A stretch of DNA of 64,000 nt from Paraspadella gotoi (lineage: Eukaryota; Animalia; Chaetognatha): contig CM119265.1 of assembly GCA_051294375.1 (NCBI GenBank), positions 15,476,963 to 15,540,962 on the forward strand, given 5' to 3'. Numbering within the stretch: the first letter of the stretch is position 1; each line of letters begins with the position of its first letter. A program made the translations under genes and the position numbers. Below are positions 1 through 11,306 of the stretch, piece by piece. Under the pieces are notes generated by a model. The model did no database searches. It had not been told where the DNA came from and saw nothing but the letters and a program-made list of their open reading frames with translations.

Positions 1-2989
1 CCGTTTCGCAGCACGATTCTCAAAAACAACCTCTTTTACGTAATGGAATATCGCGATCTATTCGTCATGCTACTCAAAAAGTTCGATGATTCGCGCCTAT
101 CCAAGTCGTTCCTTCGCGATCTCTTTGAAACAGCCCATGCCTTTGTAAAAATGTTAGAAGAACACTGTAAAGGCAACACACACACGATGGTACAAAAGAC
201 TCAAGTCGTCGGGAGGAAAAAGAAACCCACGCCGAAAAGCGTTCATAGGTATGGTTAATTGGCATAACATGTTCTGTTAGAAGCATTCTTTGCTACTACC
301 TTGATATTTAACTTTAATAGCACTTTGACCGAAGAGGAACTGGAACTGAAATGGTCCTCTATGCAATCGGAAATCGGCGAAGTTTTGAGCGGAACTCGGC
401 CAATGGCAGACGACATTATTCCGTTCGACGCTGCTTCATCCGTCAGTGTAGAAGATCAAAAGACTCAAGTAAGCGAAGATGGAAAGAATAATCTTTACCT
501 ATAACCTGAAACCTGCTTTCTAACCTTCATAGGCTATGAACCGAATTCAAGCGGCGCTCCGCGACAGACAGGTGGGCGAGGCGGTAGCGTTGTTTCGCGC
601 TGCCCGCGGTGTTTGGCCAGAGGGTGACGCCTTTGGCTGCGTGGGATTAACGCCGGAAGAGGAGCTCCAGTCGCTGAAGCAGATTATGTTGGCCGACTTG
701 TCTGACTTCGAAGACCAGACGTGTGATCAGCAGGAGGATGACGAAGACGAAGAAGAAGAAATCGCCCAGATGGTTCCTGTTGAGATCGAATTTAAATTCG
801 AAGAATATCTCACGAAATTCGCCCGAGGAGAAGTAGTTAAGAATTGCTGCTTAGTTCTTAAGGACTACGCAACCAATTCGGCGTCCGTCAATCATGCTGT
901 CGTCAAGTTGCTTCATCGTTTAAGTGTCGACATGAAACTTGCCGGGTTGCTTTATCATGTCAGCGCCTTAAAGATTTTTAAAACTATTCTTCACGATCCT
1001 GGAGCCCGGTCAAAACATTTACGAGAACTCTCTACGTTCTCCAAATTCCTAGTGCAAAAATTTTTTCAAGATTTGGAGAGGAATCCGTTGCTAGTGGTGG
1101 AAACGCTTTTTTGGAAGGATCTCAAGGAGGCCGTTGATGTCACCGAAGGCTACGGCTCTTATAGGGAGAGATCGAAGACGAAGAAGACCCTATGGACTGA
1201 AGAACAAGAAAACGAAATCCGCCTCTTATGGGAAGAGCACCGCAACAAGCTCGAGGAAGGGGCGGATGTTGCCGACCTCGTTCTCGAAAGTCTCAGCAAT
1301 CCCGGGGAAAAGACTCGCACCCAACTTGTTCGGCAAATGGTGCGAATGGGACTCTTGGGTTCCGCGAAAGACCTGAAGACGCGCGCGAAACCACGAAAAG
1401 CAAAAACGCCCAAACACGTGTGGCCAGAAACACTGAGCGAGGAATTAAAGATGTTGTACGAAAAGCATCGGGAAAACGAAGAGAATGATGAGTCGGGACT
1501 GGATGTCATAGACAAGATAATGCGAGATCTCACCGATGCCTCCCGGTCTCGCAAGGAGATTTTAATGCAACTGGCGGCAATGGACTTAATACAGGATCCA
1601 AATGCGTACCGTAAAAAGGGCGTCCGTCATATCGCATATTGGCGCCCTGAGCAAATCGATGAACTTCGCGAGTTGTGGGCTCGCTATGAGAATGCCATGA
1701 ATCCCTTAGATCGAATCAAAGAAGCTCTCGTCGCCAAAAGAAGTAAAAATATGCTTGCTTCCAAGTTATTAGAGCTGGGACTTATCGCCGACAAGAAGGC
1801 GCTTATGAATAAGGGGAAGGAAGAAAAGAAGAGGAAGAAAACTGATCCGTGGGAAAACGCCACGGATGAAGAGGACGTCGTAACCCCGCCAACCACGGAC
1901 GACGAAACCGTCCAAACTACCACCGTTGAACGGAAGAAGGTCAGTATGACAAGCCGGCAGCGAGATAGCGCTCGCGAAAAGCGTCGGTATGCCGTGTCCG
2001 ATCTCCCCATGATCGTTAGAGACTTGAAGGAGCGCGGCTTTGAAGAGCCTGTTAAATGGGTTTGCGGGATGATGCAGTTGCGCGCCGACGACCTACAACA
2101 AAATAACGAAGATGAAGAAGACGACACCGACCAAGGATTCGCTTTGGTTCCTTTGTCAGAAGAAAACGAGGAGGCTATGGACGACGCCGGATTCTTGAGA
2201 CTTTTGCGGGCATTGGGCTTCTCAGCGCCGGTCGTTGGTCAAGAAGCTTTTTGGAGAATTCCCTGCTCCTTTGGACACGAACGACTCTACGCAACTGTTG
2301 ATCGTATCGAGAAAGCGTTGACCCTCGATGGCGTGAGAGGGGTGGTCGAACCCTCTTCCGGGTCGGAATCGAGTTCCATGGAAAACGACGATGATGGGTC
2401 GGCAATCAAAGTTCCACAAAAATCGCATAGCGATGAGGATGACGACGATTTCGATAATTTTTTAAAGTCTGCCAAGAAAAATCGTGAGGACGGAAACGAT
2501 TCCGACAGCGTGATGCAAAGCGAATCTATCACTGCGAAATCCAACCGTTGGAAGATGCTCCGGGAGATGGCGAACACCAGAAGAGTGGAAGACAAAAAGG
2601 GCGCCAAGGACAATCACCGTAAACGCAAGTTGAATCGTGACACGTTGGATCTGGATGAAATAGCTAACGAACAATCCTCGGCGACGACGAGCGAAGCGCT
2701 TGAAAATGAAGGGGACATGAGCGTTTCTCAGAAGAGCGTTGACTTAAACGCCAACGCCGCCAGTCCGATTATCGACGAGCCGCAAAAACCTATCAAACGA
2801 TTACTGGCGTCCGATGACGATGAAAAGAATTCTTCGGTGGTCCAATCTCCTGAAAATTTTAGGGAAGACGAGTTTCGAAGGAAGAAACGGAGGATCGCCC
2901 TTTCTGACGACGACGAAGAAGAAGAAAGAAAAGAAAATAATAAATCGACCGCGAAAAGACGAGCCGTTATTGAGTCCGACAGTGACTGA
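1..2989 (+). CDS. TIMELESS: Timeless (mammalian-type TIMELESS/timeout) fork-protection protein, 3' part; 5' end lies outside window
   Basis: Two short exons (approx 1-248, 320-467) plus a long terminal exon (ORF 536-2989). 'NLFYVMEYRDLF', 'LVVETLFWK', repeated 'WTEEQENEIRLLWEE' helical units and the C-terminal PARP1-binding domain 'LVPLSEENEEAMDDAGFLRLLRALGFSAPVVGQEAFWRIP' match recalled human TIMELESS. Confidence 0.9.
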
Positions 2990-3253
2990 GCGATGAAAAA
3001 ATTGATTCCTTTTCACCATGCCGCTATCGTCATCATATTTTATACTTTTTTACAAATTTATTGTTTAATGTTGATTTTTAACTCCGTTACTTTTCTATTA
3101 ACGTTGTTAAGCTTTTTCTTTGATTTATCACTTTTCTTAATCAAACAGTTATTTGGGAGGTTGCTTTCACGGGAAATTTTATTTGTTAAAATCTTATGTA
3201 GCGTCAGCTTCGGGAAAAAAAACTGGTTTAAAATAAAGTAAAATATCGTCAGA

Positions 3254-6200
3254 ATGAGTGAACGACATATCGTCCGAATGCGGGGTCTTCCCTTCTCCGC
3301 CACAGCCGATGAGATCGTCAAGTTCTTCTCTGAATCTAAGTAAGCTAGTATTGAAAATCGTAAGCTTTTATAGAATTTATTCATCAAAAAACTTTTCCTA
3401 ATTCAATTTTTCTTTTGTGAAGAATCGCGGACGGCAAGGACGGGATCCACTTAACGTTTTCCCGCGACGGTCGGCCATCGGGCGAAGCCTTTGTAGAGTT
3501 TGCTACTGAGGCTGATCTTGAGCGTGCTCTAGAAAAGCACAACGAGCACATGGGACACCGCTACATAGAGGTCTTCAAGACGAAGGCGAGCGAGATGGAA
3601 TGGGTGGTGGGGAAATATCAGCCGAGAGGCGGTTATGGTGAGTTAAATACCTATCTTTAATCTTTTTATCGTCGGAATCGCTTGCACTAGCGACGATTTT
3701 AGGACGATGGTCCCAATAAATGTCGGCGTTGTCGGCGTCGTCGTCGTTCCAAATTTATATATAAAATTAATTACATTAAAGATCGCCTTTATATAAAAGT
3801 GTAATTGTATGAAGCTAAAAATTTATATATATGAAATTGGTACAACCAATATATTATAATCATCAAAGTCCTTCATAAACGATAATTTTATAGTGATCCT
3901 AATATTTTGGTAGGATTTTATAAAATATTTATATAAAATTAATTATAATATAGATCACCTTTTTATAAAAGTATGCAATTGCAATTTTATCATCAGTCTT
4001 TCAAAATCGATTTATATTTGATAATGATTATGATATTTTTATATTTTGTGTTATTTTCTCTCTTTTTGTTGGTTTTGGGATTAGCGAAAACAAAAGTTTA
4101 TTTTGTTAGGTATTACAACGATTTTATTTAGAATGGGACGGTCATGTTTCGACTCTGTTTTTCGAGTCTTCATCAGCGTTTGAAAAACAGAGTCGAAACG
4201 TGTCCGTCCTATTCTAAATAAAATCGTTGTAATACCTAACAAAATAAACTTTTGTTTTCGTATGTCGCTCTCTCTCTAAATATTTCTTTAGTTTTTTTAC
4301 TTCTAAGCTAATTTTTAGCCAGTTCTGCTTACGGCAGATCCTGGCTCAAGAATTAACTTTGTCGGTAAGTCACTTAGATCTTGTCAGATCATCGAATTAT
4401 GATGAATTTTGCAAAAAAAATTGATGTCTGTCTGTCTGTCCGTCTGTCTGTCTGTCCGTCTGTCCCACCTTTGCTAATTACCAATGGATTGGGCGATTGA
4501 CTTAAAAATCTGTGTGATTGAGCTGGAAATCAAGTTTCGCTGGAATCCTCCGAGTAGAATTGAGTTAGTGGAAAAAATAACAATTAAGCTTAACTATTTG
4601 ATATTGCCCGTTTTTTTTGTTTTTTTTTGTTTTTTTTATTTAAAAAGTAAATGCATGTTGCAAAAACTAATACAAATATAACAATCACTGGCCGTGTGCA
4701 AATCCGGCGTTGTTTGCTTAACTTTTTTTATATATAATTTTTATGTTTAAAACTTAGTTTTCCTGTATAAAATTTGATTTTTTTTAGTATCAAAGTTTGT
4801 CATGAGTCCAGATTTTTGCTATGCGATTGTGACGATCCTTATTCTTTTAAGAGGAAAGGTCATTCAGCATAACAATACGTAATCATTGATGTGTTAGAGC
4901 TAATATATCGAGAAATACATTATAGTCATCAGTAATCACAAAAAAAAAGTTCTTATTTTATTTGTGTTCATTCTGTTTTCAATAATTTTTTTTAAATGGG
5001 TAAATAACAAAATTGTTAAGTTAAATGGGTAAGTATGGCAACAGCCGGGTTGCCTGTGATGCCCATTTGGGATGGGGCATCTCACTGTTGGCTTTGGGGG
5101 CTTCCGACCCTCAGTGACGCATCCAGTCACTGGCGCGGTTACCCTAGGACGGTCTCGCTTTGCCAACGCAGAGGGAAGTCATTAGGACTGTAGATGGAAC
5201 ACTACGCCTGGGATGGTGTGTTCCCCTCTGAGCCAATGGATTTGCTGAACGATGGTGGACGTGAGGCGGTGTGAATATACCGCCACAGGATCCCCGGACC
5301 AAGACATCACTCAGGTTCCTCAGCCTGAGAGGTGTCTGACAAGACTGTCACCATAGTGGGAGAGAGAGAGAGAGAGCGCGAGTTGTGGGGGCATAGGCGT
5401 TTGTCGTAGCGTACCCCAGGGGCATAGGCGTTTGTCCGTACGTACCCGAAGTCGGCAGGGCATAGGCGTTTGTCGTAGCGTACCCTGAGAAGGTTGCGTG
5501 TTCGATAGTAGGGCTCACCACTTATGGCAACGGCCGGTTGCCTGTGATGCCCATTGGGATGGGCATCTCACTGTTGGCTTTGGGGGCTTCCGACCCTCAG
5601 TGACGCATCCAGTCACTGGCGCGGTTACCCTAGGACGGTCTCGCTTTGCCAACGCAGAGGGAAGTCATTAGGACTGTGGATGGAACACTACGCCTGGGAT
5701 GGTGTGTTCCCCTCTGAGCCAATGGATTTGGCTGAACGATAGTGGACGTGAGGCGGTGTGAATATACCGCCACCTAAGCACATTTTTTAAAGATTTGTTT
5801 TTCAATCTGGTTGTTAAAAGATTTAGGTAAGAAGTTAAAACACGGATGGGATAGTTTAGAAGGGGAGAATTAAACAATTAATCTCGTTACTCTGTTGGTT
5901 TTCTAGTCATGAACAAAATCTTCAGTTAATAGATGGTAAAGAAATTCGAGCTAACAATGAATTTGAAGAGTTGCAGCCTAAACGACTGCAATAATATTGA
6001 ATTAAAAATTTGATTAGCAATCTTAAAAACATTTTTAAAAATGTAATAGAGAGACATTTTGATAAACGCGTTCCAGTTAGAAAGAATTCAGGGTTAAAGT
6101 TTAAAAACGTTTCATTTTCAAGGATACAAGTTGAAATTTAAAAATGTCTCTCTATTACATTTTTCTAATTCAGTAATAAAGAATTCATAAAAATATCAGA

Positions 6201-8253
6201 TCGATTGGCCTTTTCGTTGACCTGCAACTCTTCAGATAGGTTTCTTTTATTTTATATTATAATTAAAACCGATATAAAATGGGGTAGAATGCATCAAATG
6301 CTTAAAGTGAATACATTTTCGGAATCGCCAGGGAGTCAGCTTTCTGAATTTGTACTCCATTTTAGCCTTTTTGAAGTTGAATTGAATGACCCTTTTTTCT
6401 TAGTTTTAGTATTTCGTTTTTTAAAAATTTATATATTTTTACCTCTGTCACTTGAGGCTCTGGCGATGAGGAAGGAGTTGTCAGATTGAGAGGCTTACCT
6501 TTTGGATGCTCGAAGGAAGAAATTTCACAGTTCTTTAATGGCTTTGAAATAGTACCCAATGGTATCACCCTATCGTTTGATCATCAGGTATGGACTTTAT
6601 ATATACATAAGTATTAGCATGCGAATGTTTATTGCTAAAAATAGACTATATGCCCTCGATATAAAACCAGTAAAATCAATCATCATTCGCTGAATTGTCA
6701 AGGATTTATCATTTTAATTCTATACGGATAAATCAACTCTTTTTTTTTTTTTTTCTTTTCTTTCAAATTAGGGACGAAGTACTGGTGAGGCATATGTACA
6801 GTTTATTAATAAAAAAACAGCAGATGATGCTTACGCCAAGAAAAACAAAGACAGAATAGGCCACAGGTAACTATCCAGAAAACAGTTCGAGCTTTAAAAT
6901 GACCGATTAGTAATTTAGTTTTATAATAAATGCTTCCACTTTACAATTCCTACATTAATTTTAAATTTTCCTCTAATTTATATCATGGAGAAAATTAATA
7001 AATTGAAAAATAAAAAGCGGGAGCCTAAATTGAACCAATTACCAGACATGCCTGGGTAACGGGCAATGGGTTAATAATGGTTTAAGGGGATTTTTTTCTT
7101 TGTCATTGGGCAACTCTCTATCAGATACATCGAAATCTTCAAGTCTTCATCCTGGGAAATCGGAGCTGGCGGCATGGGAGGAATAGGCGGAAGAATGGGC
7201 ATGAGGGGGCCAATGGGCATGGGAAGACCAGGGCCCTATGATCGAGGAGATCGATATGGCATGGGGGGTCCGATGGGGGGACCCATGGGTCGCTATGGCC
7301 CGGGAGGATACGGCAACGTGAAGGGACCTGGGGGCATGTACGGTTATGGGGGGTATGGAGGTGGGTTCAATTTTTAATTTTATTTTTTGGATGCGATGTT
7401 CTCAAGGGGTCATATTAAATATATTAAGATTTAAATATAATAAATTAAATAACCAACTCTTATTATTATCGTCTATCTTTGAAAGAAATCGTACCTATAC
7501 CTTGACACCTTGGTAGTGGATCGATGTTTCTTGTTGATCGATGCCATTTATTATTTTGAACGTTGTGTTTTATTTACATGTGTGTGCGTCTTGTTTTGTA
7601 ACTGAATTAATTTTTTGCAAAGTGCAATTTTCCCCCTAATAACCGAAAAATTATGGCCGATCATTAGGAGGTGGTTATGGTGGACCCGCAATGCCAATGG
7701 GGCGTGGAGGCTTCGGAGGAGGATTCGGAGGTGGACGTAGTAGTGGGCCGCCTGGAAGCAGTTTTCATTCATCTACAGGCAAGTCGATGTCTATCGTTTC
7801 TTCCCTGCTCTAAATACTGTACGCATTTGTTTTGTTTCAGGCCATTCGGTCCACATGCGCGGACTTCCATTCCGGGCGACCGAAAACGACATTATCGAAT
7901 TCTTCTCCCCGCTGGTTCCCGTCGGAGTTCACGTTCACTACGAGAGCAATGGGCGCGCCACCGGCGAAGCCGACGTTGAATTCGAGACGCACAGGGATGC
8001 ACAAGACGCGATGAAAAAAGACAAACAAGTAGGACTGGGGAAACGCGCGAATAAATTAGTAAATTAAATTATTAGTAAATTAAACGACTAATTTTTCTTC
8101 GTCTAAACTTTTTTGCAGAACATGCAACATCGGTACATCGAGTTGTTCTTGAATTCCGGCGAGAGTGGAGGCCGCCGAGGCGGGGATTTCCGAAATGGCG
8201 GGTTTGGAGGTTACGGCGGATTCGGGGGTGGTGGCGATTACCCTTACTACTGA
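3254..8253 (+). CDS. hnRNP F/H family (glorund-like) protein, paralog 1; three qRRMs, multi-exon
   Basis: Exons read by hand: 3254-3339, 3423-~3638, ~6457-6587, 6772-6866, ~7125-7361, ~7669-7778, 7841-8028, 8119-8253. qRRM motifs 'VRMRGLPFS', '[11 protein letters not shown]', 'MGHRYIEVF', '[15 protein letters not shown]', '[12 protein letters not shown]', and the 'RPGPYDR' GYR motif. Confidence 0.9.
4085..4260. mobile_element. Inverted-repeat relic of a Penelope-like element carrying a minimal hammerhead motif
   Basis: Arms 4085-4163 and 4182-4260 are near-perfect reverse complements. The minus strand of 4138-4179 reads ACG-CTGATGA-A-GACTC-gaaaaaca-GAGTC-GAAA-CATG-AC-CGT. Confidence 0.65.
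5087..5167 (-). ncRNA. Predicted twister ribozyme, P5-type permutation (LTR copy 1)
   Basis: Minus strand: GUUGGC AAA GCGA GA CCG UCCUAGGG UAA CCGC GC CAGUGAC uggaugc GUCACUG AGGG UCGGAAGC CCCC AAA GCCAAC. Fits twister P1-P5 with pseudoknots T1 (CCG/CGG) and T2 (GC/GC). Confidence 0.8.
5388..5485. repeat. Three ~29-bp direct repeats (gggcataggcgtttgtcgtagcgtaccc) inside the LTR element interior
   Basis: Copies at approx 5388-5416, 5419-5447, 5458-5485. Confidence 0.85.
5488..5520 (-). promoter_or_regulatory. Primer-binding site complementary to a tRNA-Trp-like 3' region
   Basis: Plus strand agaaggttgcgtgttc...gggctcacca resembles the variable loop/T-arm (AGAAGGTTGCGTGTTC) and 3' end (GGGGTCACCA) of recalled eukaryotic tRNA-Trp; it lies 2 nt from the LTR. 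Confidence 0.65.
5573..5653 (-). ncRNA. Predicted twister ribozyme, P5-type (LTR copy 2)
   Basis: Same core sequence as 5087-5167. Confidence 0.8.
5964..6234. repeat. MITE/foldback-like element with nested inverted repeats
   Basis: tgaagagttgcag (5964) versus ctgcaactcttca (ends 6234); internal aaaatgtaatagagagacatttt versus aaaatgtctctctattacatttt. Confidence 0.5.
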
Positions 8254-8985
8254 ATTCCCTAGGAATTTGTACGTTTTCTTTGATATGTTTTTATTTTGGG
8301 CTGTTTCGTAGATCGGTCTGTGTTAACTTTGGCGGGAGATTTAAAAGTATTTGCACCTAGTTACTAAGTTACATTCCATGGATTTTGGGTAACCTGGTTT
8401 TAAGGAAGTTTATTAATTTTTCAAACATTGGCTTATTGGAACTGAATTTAACTTATCAAAAATACTATTTAGTATTTAGTATTATTTAATACGCTCTTTC
8501 GTACGAATAAACGAAACGCAGATTCTAACAGATCTTTTCACGTTGCTCTGTCCTGAAGCATGTCGGGCCTGTCGGCGCTTTGCCATTACAGTAGGTCTCA
8601 CTCGACTTGGATGATATGATTCTATGAATCCTTCGATACGTCATAGGGGCCCCTTCAGCTTCCATTTCCTGCTTTCCCCTCTAGATTTGTCATCTTTTTT
8701 CGAACACAAGATGTTTATTAGTAGCTAGTCTTGAAGAGCGATTACGATCGAAACAAAAAACTTCCTAAGTTTTCGCATTTATTTATTCCTCGTAAAATAT
8801 GTAAACCATAACAATAAAGGAAAATCAATGAATTTTCTCTCATTAGCGAATTGTGTTGGTATTTTGATTTGAATATTTTTTTCACTCTACCAAAATATCG
8901 TCTCTTATCGTAGGTTGATGTAAAAGTTCAAAATTTTTTAAATAAAGCTCAAATAAAAAAACGAACGAAATACTAATTGATAAAA

Positions 8986-10916
8986 ATGTCGACGGAAAGC
9001 AGTGATTTCATCGTCCGCGTACGCGGTATTCCATTCTCCGCGGGTAAGGACGAATTGCGCGCTTTCTTCGCCGGTTGTCACGTCCGCGGAGGCCGCGACG
9101 GCGTTCACCTTACCTACATGCAGGGCGGACGTCCGTCTGGGGAAGCCTTTCTCGAGCTCGAGACACAGGAAGATCTGGAAAGAGCTCTCAAGAAAAACAA
9201 GGACTACATGGGGCAACGTTATATCGAAGTCTTTCAAGCACAACGGGTAAAGATGAATGTTTTTCCCCTTTTGTAATTTTTTTTTCATATAAAAAAACCA
9301 ATAATTGCTTTCCCTGACTCTAAACTTTAGTCGGAATACGAGTGGGTAAAGCGACGAACAGAGTTCGACACATTCAACCTTGAGGACGGCGTCTTGCGCC
9401 TTCGAGGATGTCCCTTTAACACGAAACCCGAGGACGTCATCAGATTTTTCAAGGGCCTTGAAATTGCGCAGGACGGAATAGTTCTTCCTATGGACGAAAT
9501 GGGACGGTGAGAGAGAGAAGAGGCATCTTCTCAAAATCTGGGAGTCGTTCCATTGAAAAGTATTCCATTGGTTGTATTTGTCCACAGGCCGGGCGGAGAG
9601 GCGTACGTCCAGTTTACGACCAAGGAAGCTTCGGAGGAGGCGATGAAACTGAACCGTGAAAGAATGGGTCACAGGTGAACTATTTTCCTCCCCGTTTCTT
9701 CAGAATGAGAAATCGGGGTATGTCTTATCCTTTTAAATCCCCCCGACCCTGTTGTGGAGGGTGGTAGGGAAGCTTAGGTAATTCATTAGTTAATACACAT
9801 CCACGTAGGTACATAGAGATCTTCAAGTCTTCGCTGTCCGAGATGCGGGCGGCCGAGCGCGGGGAACGCCCGAGCGCGCCCCCAGGAAGGGGAGGTGGGC
9901 GTGGGGGGATGGCTGGGTGGAGGCCGGGACCCTACGACCGCTCCGACGGAATGGGCTTCGGAGGGAGGAATGTTAAAGGCTTCGGAGGAAGAGGTTTCGG
10001 AAGAGGCGGAATGGGTGGGATGGGCGGTGGCGTGGGAATGGAAGGCTGGGGATATGGCGGCGAATCGATGGGCGGCGGTTTTGGCAAGTGGTCATCCCGC
10101 GGAGGTGGCGGGACTGGACATTCCTGGGCCGCGCCCAAGAGCGGTCCGGGGAGCGACCACAAGCCGTCGACCGGACACGCTTGTCATATGCGCGGTCTGC
10201 CATGGCGAACCACGGAAACGGATATAATCAATTTCTTCCACCCCATCGTCCCCGCCGCCGTGCATCTACACTACGAGCCCGACGGTCGCGCCACCGGTAC
10301 TGCTGACGTCGACTTTAACACTTTCGAGGAGGCGACGGAGTCCATGAAAAAGTCCGGGGAGTACATTGAGTCCCGATACATCGACCTGTTCCTGAACACC
10401 ATCGGACCCGAAAACGACGGCCCGACCATGATCGGCAATTCTATGATCAGTCCCCGCGGCAGCGCTGGATACACTAAGTCCTTCTCTATGCGTCGACCCC
10501 TCGAAACCAGCACCGAGATTGGACCCAGGGCTGGACCGGGCGACGGCGCCGGAGACGTCGCTTCCTCTTACGCCGCCAACTCCTCCTCCTATGGCGCTTC
10601 ATCTTCCTCTTACGCTGGTTTGAGCGCCGCGACGGGTCGAGACAATTACAAAGACGAGGGATGGGGCGGAAGCAGTGGGTGGGCCGGAAGCCAAGGGTGG
10701 GGCACCGGTGCCAACGGTTACGGGGCCGGGATCGACAGTTCCAGCGGTGCGAGTAAGGGGTACGGCGCTTCGGGATCCATGGACGCCGGCTACGGATCGA
10801 TGCATGGAATGGGAGCGATCAACGCTATGAACGCGATGGCTGGGATGAGCGGCTCAAATTACGGTGGGTTTGGATCTTATGGAGGATTAGGTGGTTACCC
10901 TGGCGGAAAATACTAA
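8986..10916 (+). CDS. hnRNP F/H family protein, paralog 2
   Basis: 'VRVRGIPFSA', '[12 protein letters not shown]', 'YMGQRYIEVF', 'LRLRGCPFNT', 'RPGPYDR', 'CHMRGLPWRTTE...GRATGTADVDF', Gly/Tyr-rich tail; short GT-AG introns. Confidence 0.9.
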
Positions 10917-11306
10917 GAACCACCGGGAAAAAAAAAATTTCCATATCCCTCGAATTGATATACTTTATATAAACTAACAAAAAACTTTGGATCAGTAGTC
11001 TTTTTTTCGTTATTCATGTTAGCTTAGAGTAATTTTGGAAAAGATATTAGATGCTTTAAGCCTAGAAACTTTTAAATTATAACTATATTTTAACTTTAAT
11101 ATTTTCGTATTTTAAATCGGCATTTGTATTGTCTCCTTATTGCATTCTGATTCCCCAATTCACCCATTTTTTTCTTCTTCCGTCATTCATATTTTTTCAT
11201 CCATCTTCAGCATTGTAATTTAAGGGTTAAATCATTCGCCGTTAGCGAACTTTTCAGTACACTGTCGATTTTTTTCTCGCCATTTCTTCCCGACGGATAC
11301 GATAAA

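Larger units (their letters stand above)
5034..5774 (-). mobile_element. Non-autonomous LTR element (two ~253-bp LTRs, 235-bp non-coding interior), retrozyme-like
   Basis: Direct repeats 5034-5287 and 5523-5774; flanking 4-bp TSD TAAG (5030-5033 and 5775-5778). Minus-strand LTR termini are TGTGGC...GCCATA (the 5523-5774 copy starts GGTGGC). PBS TGGTGAGCCC lies 2 nt after the minus-strand 5' LTR. Confidence 0.85.

Noticed and set aside
5288-5360. Hammerhead in the LTR element interior (minus-strand CTGAGGA)
   Set aside because: No GAAA/NUH partner found.
5388-5485. CRISPR-like 29-bp repeats
   Set aside because: Spacers are only 2-10 nt and the repeats lie inside an LTR element.
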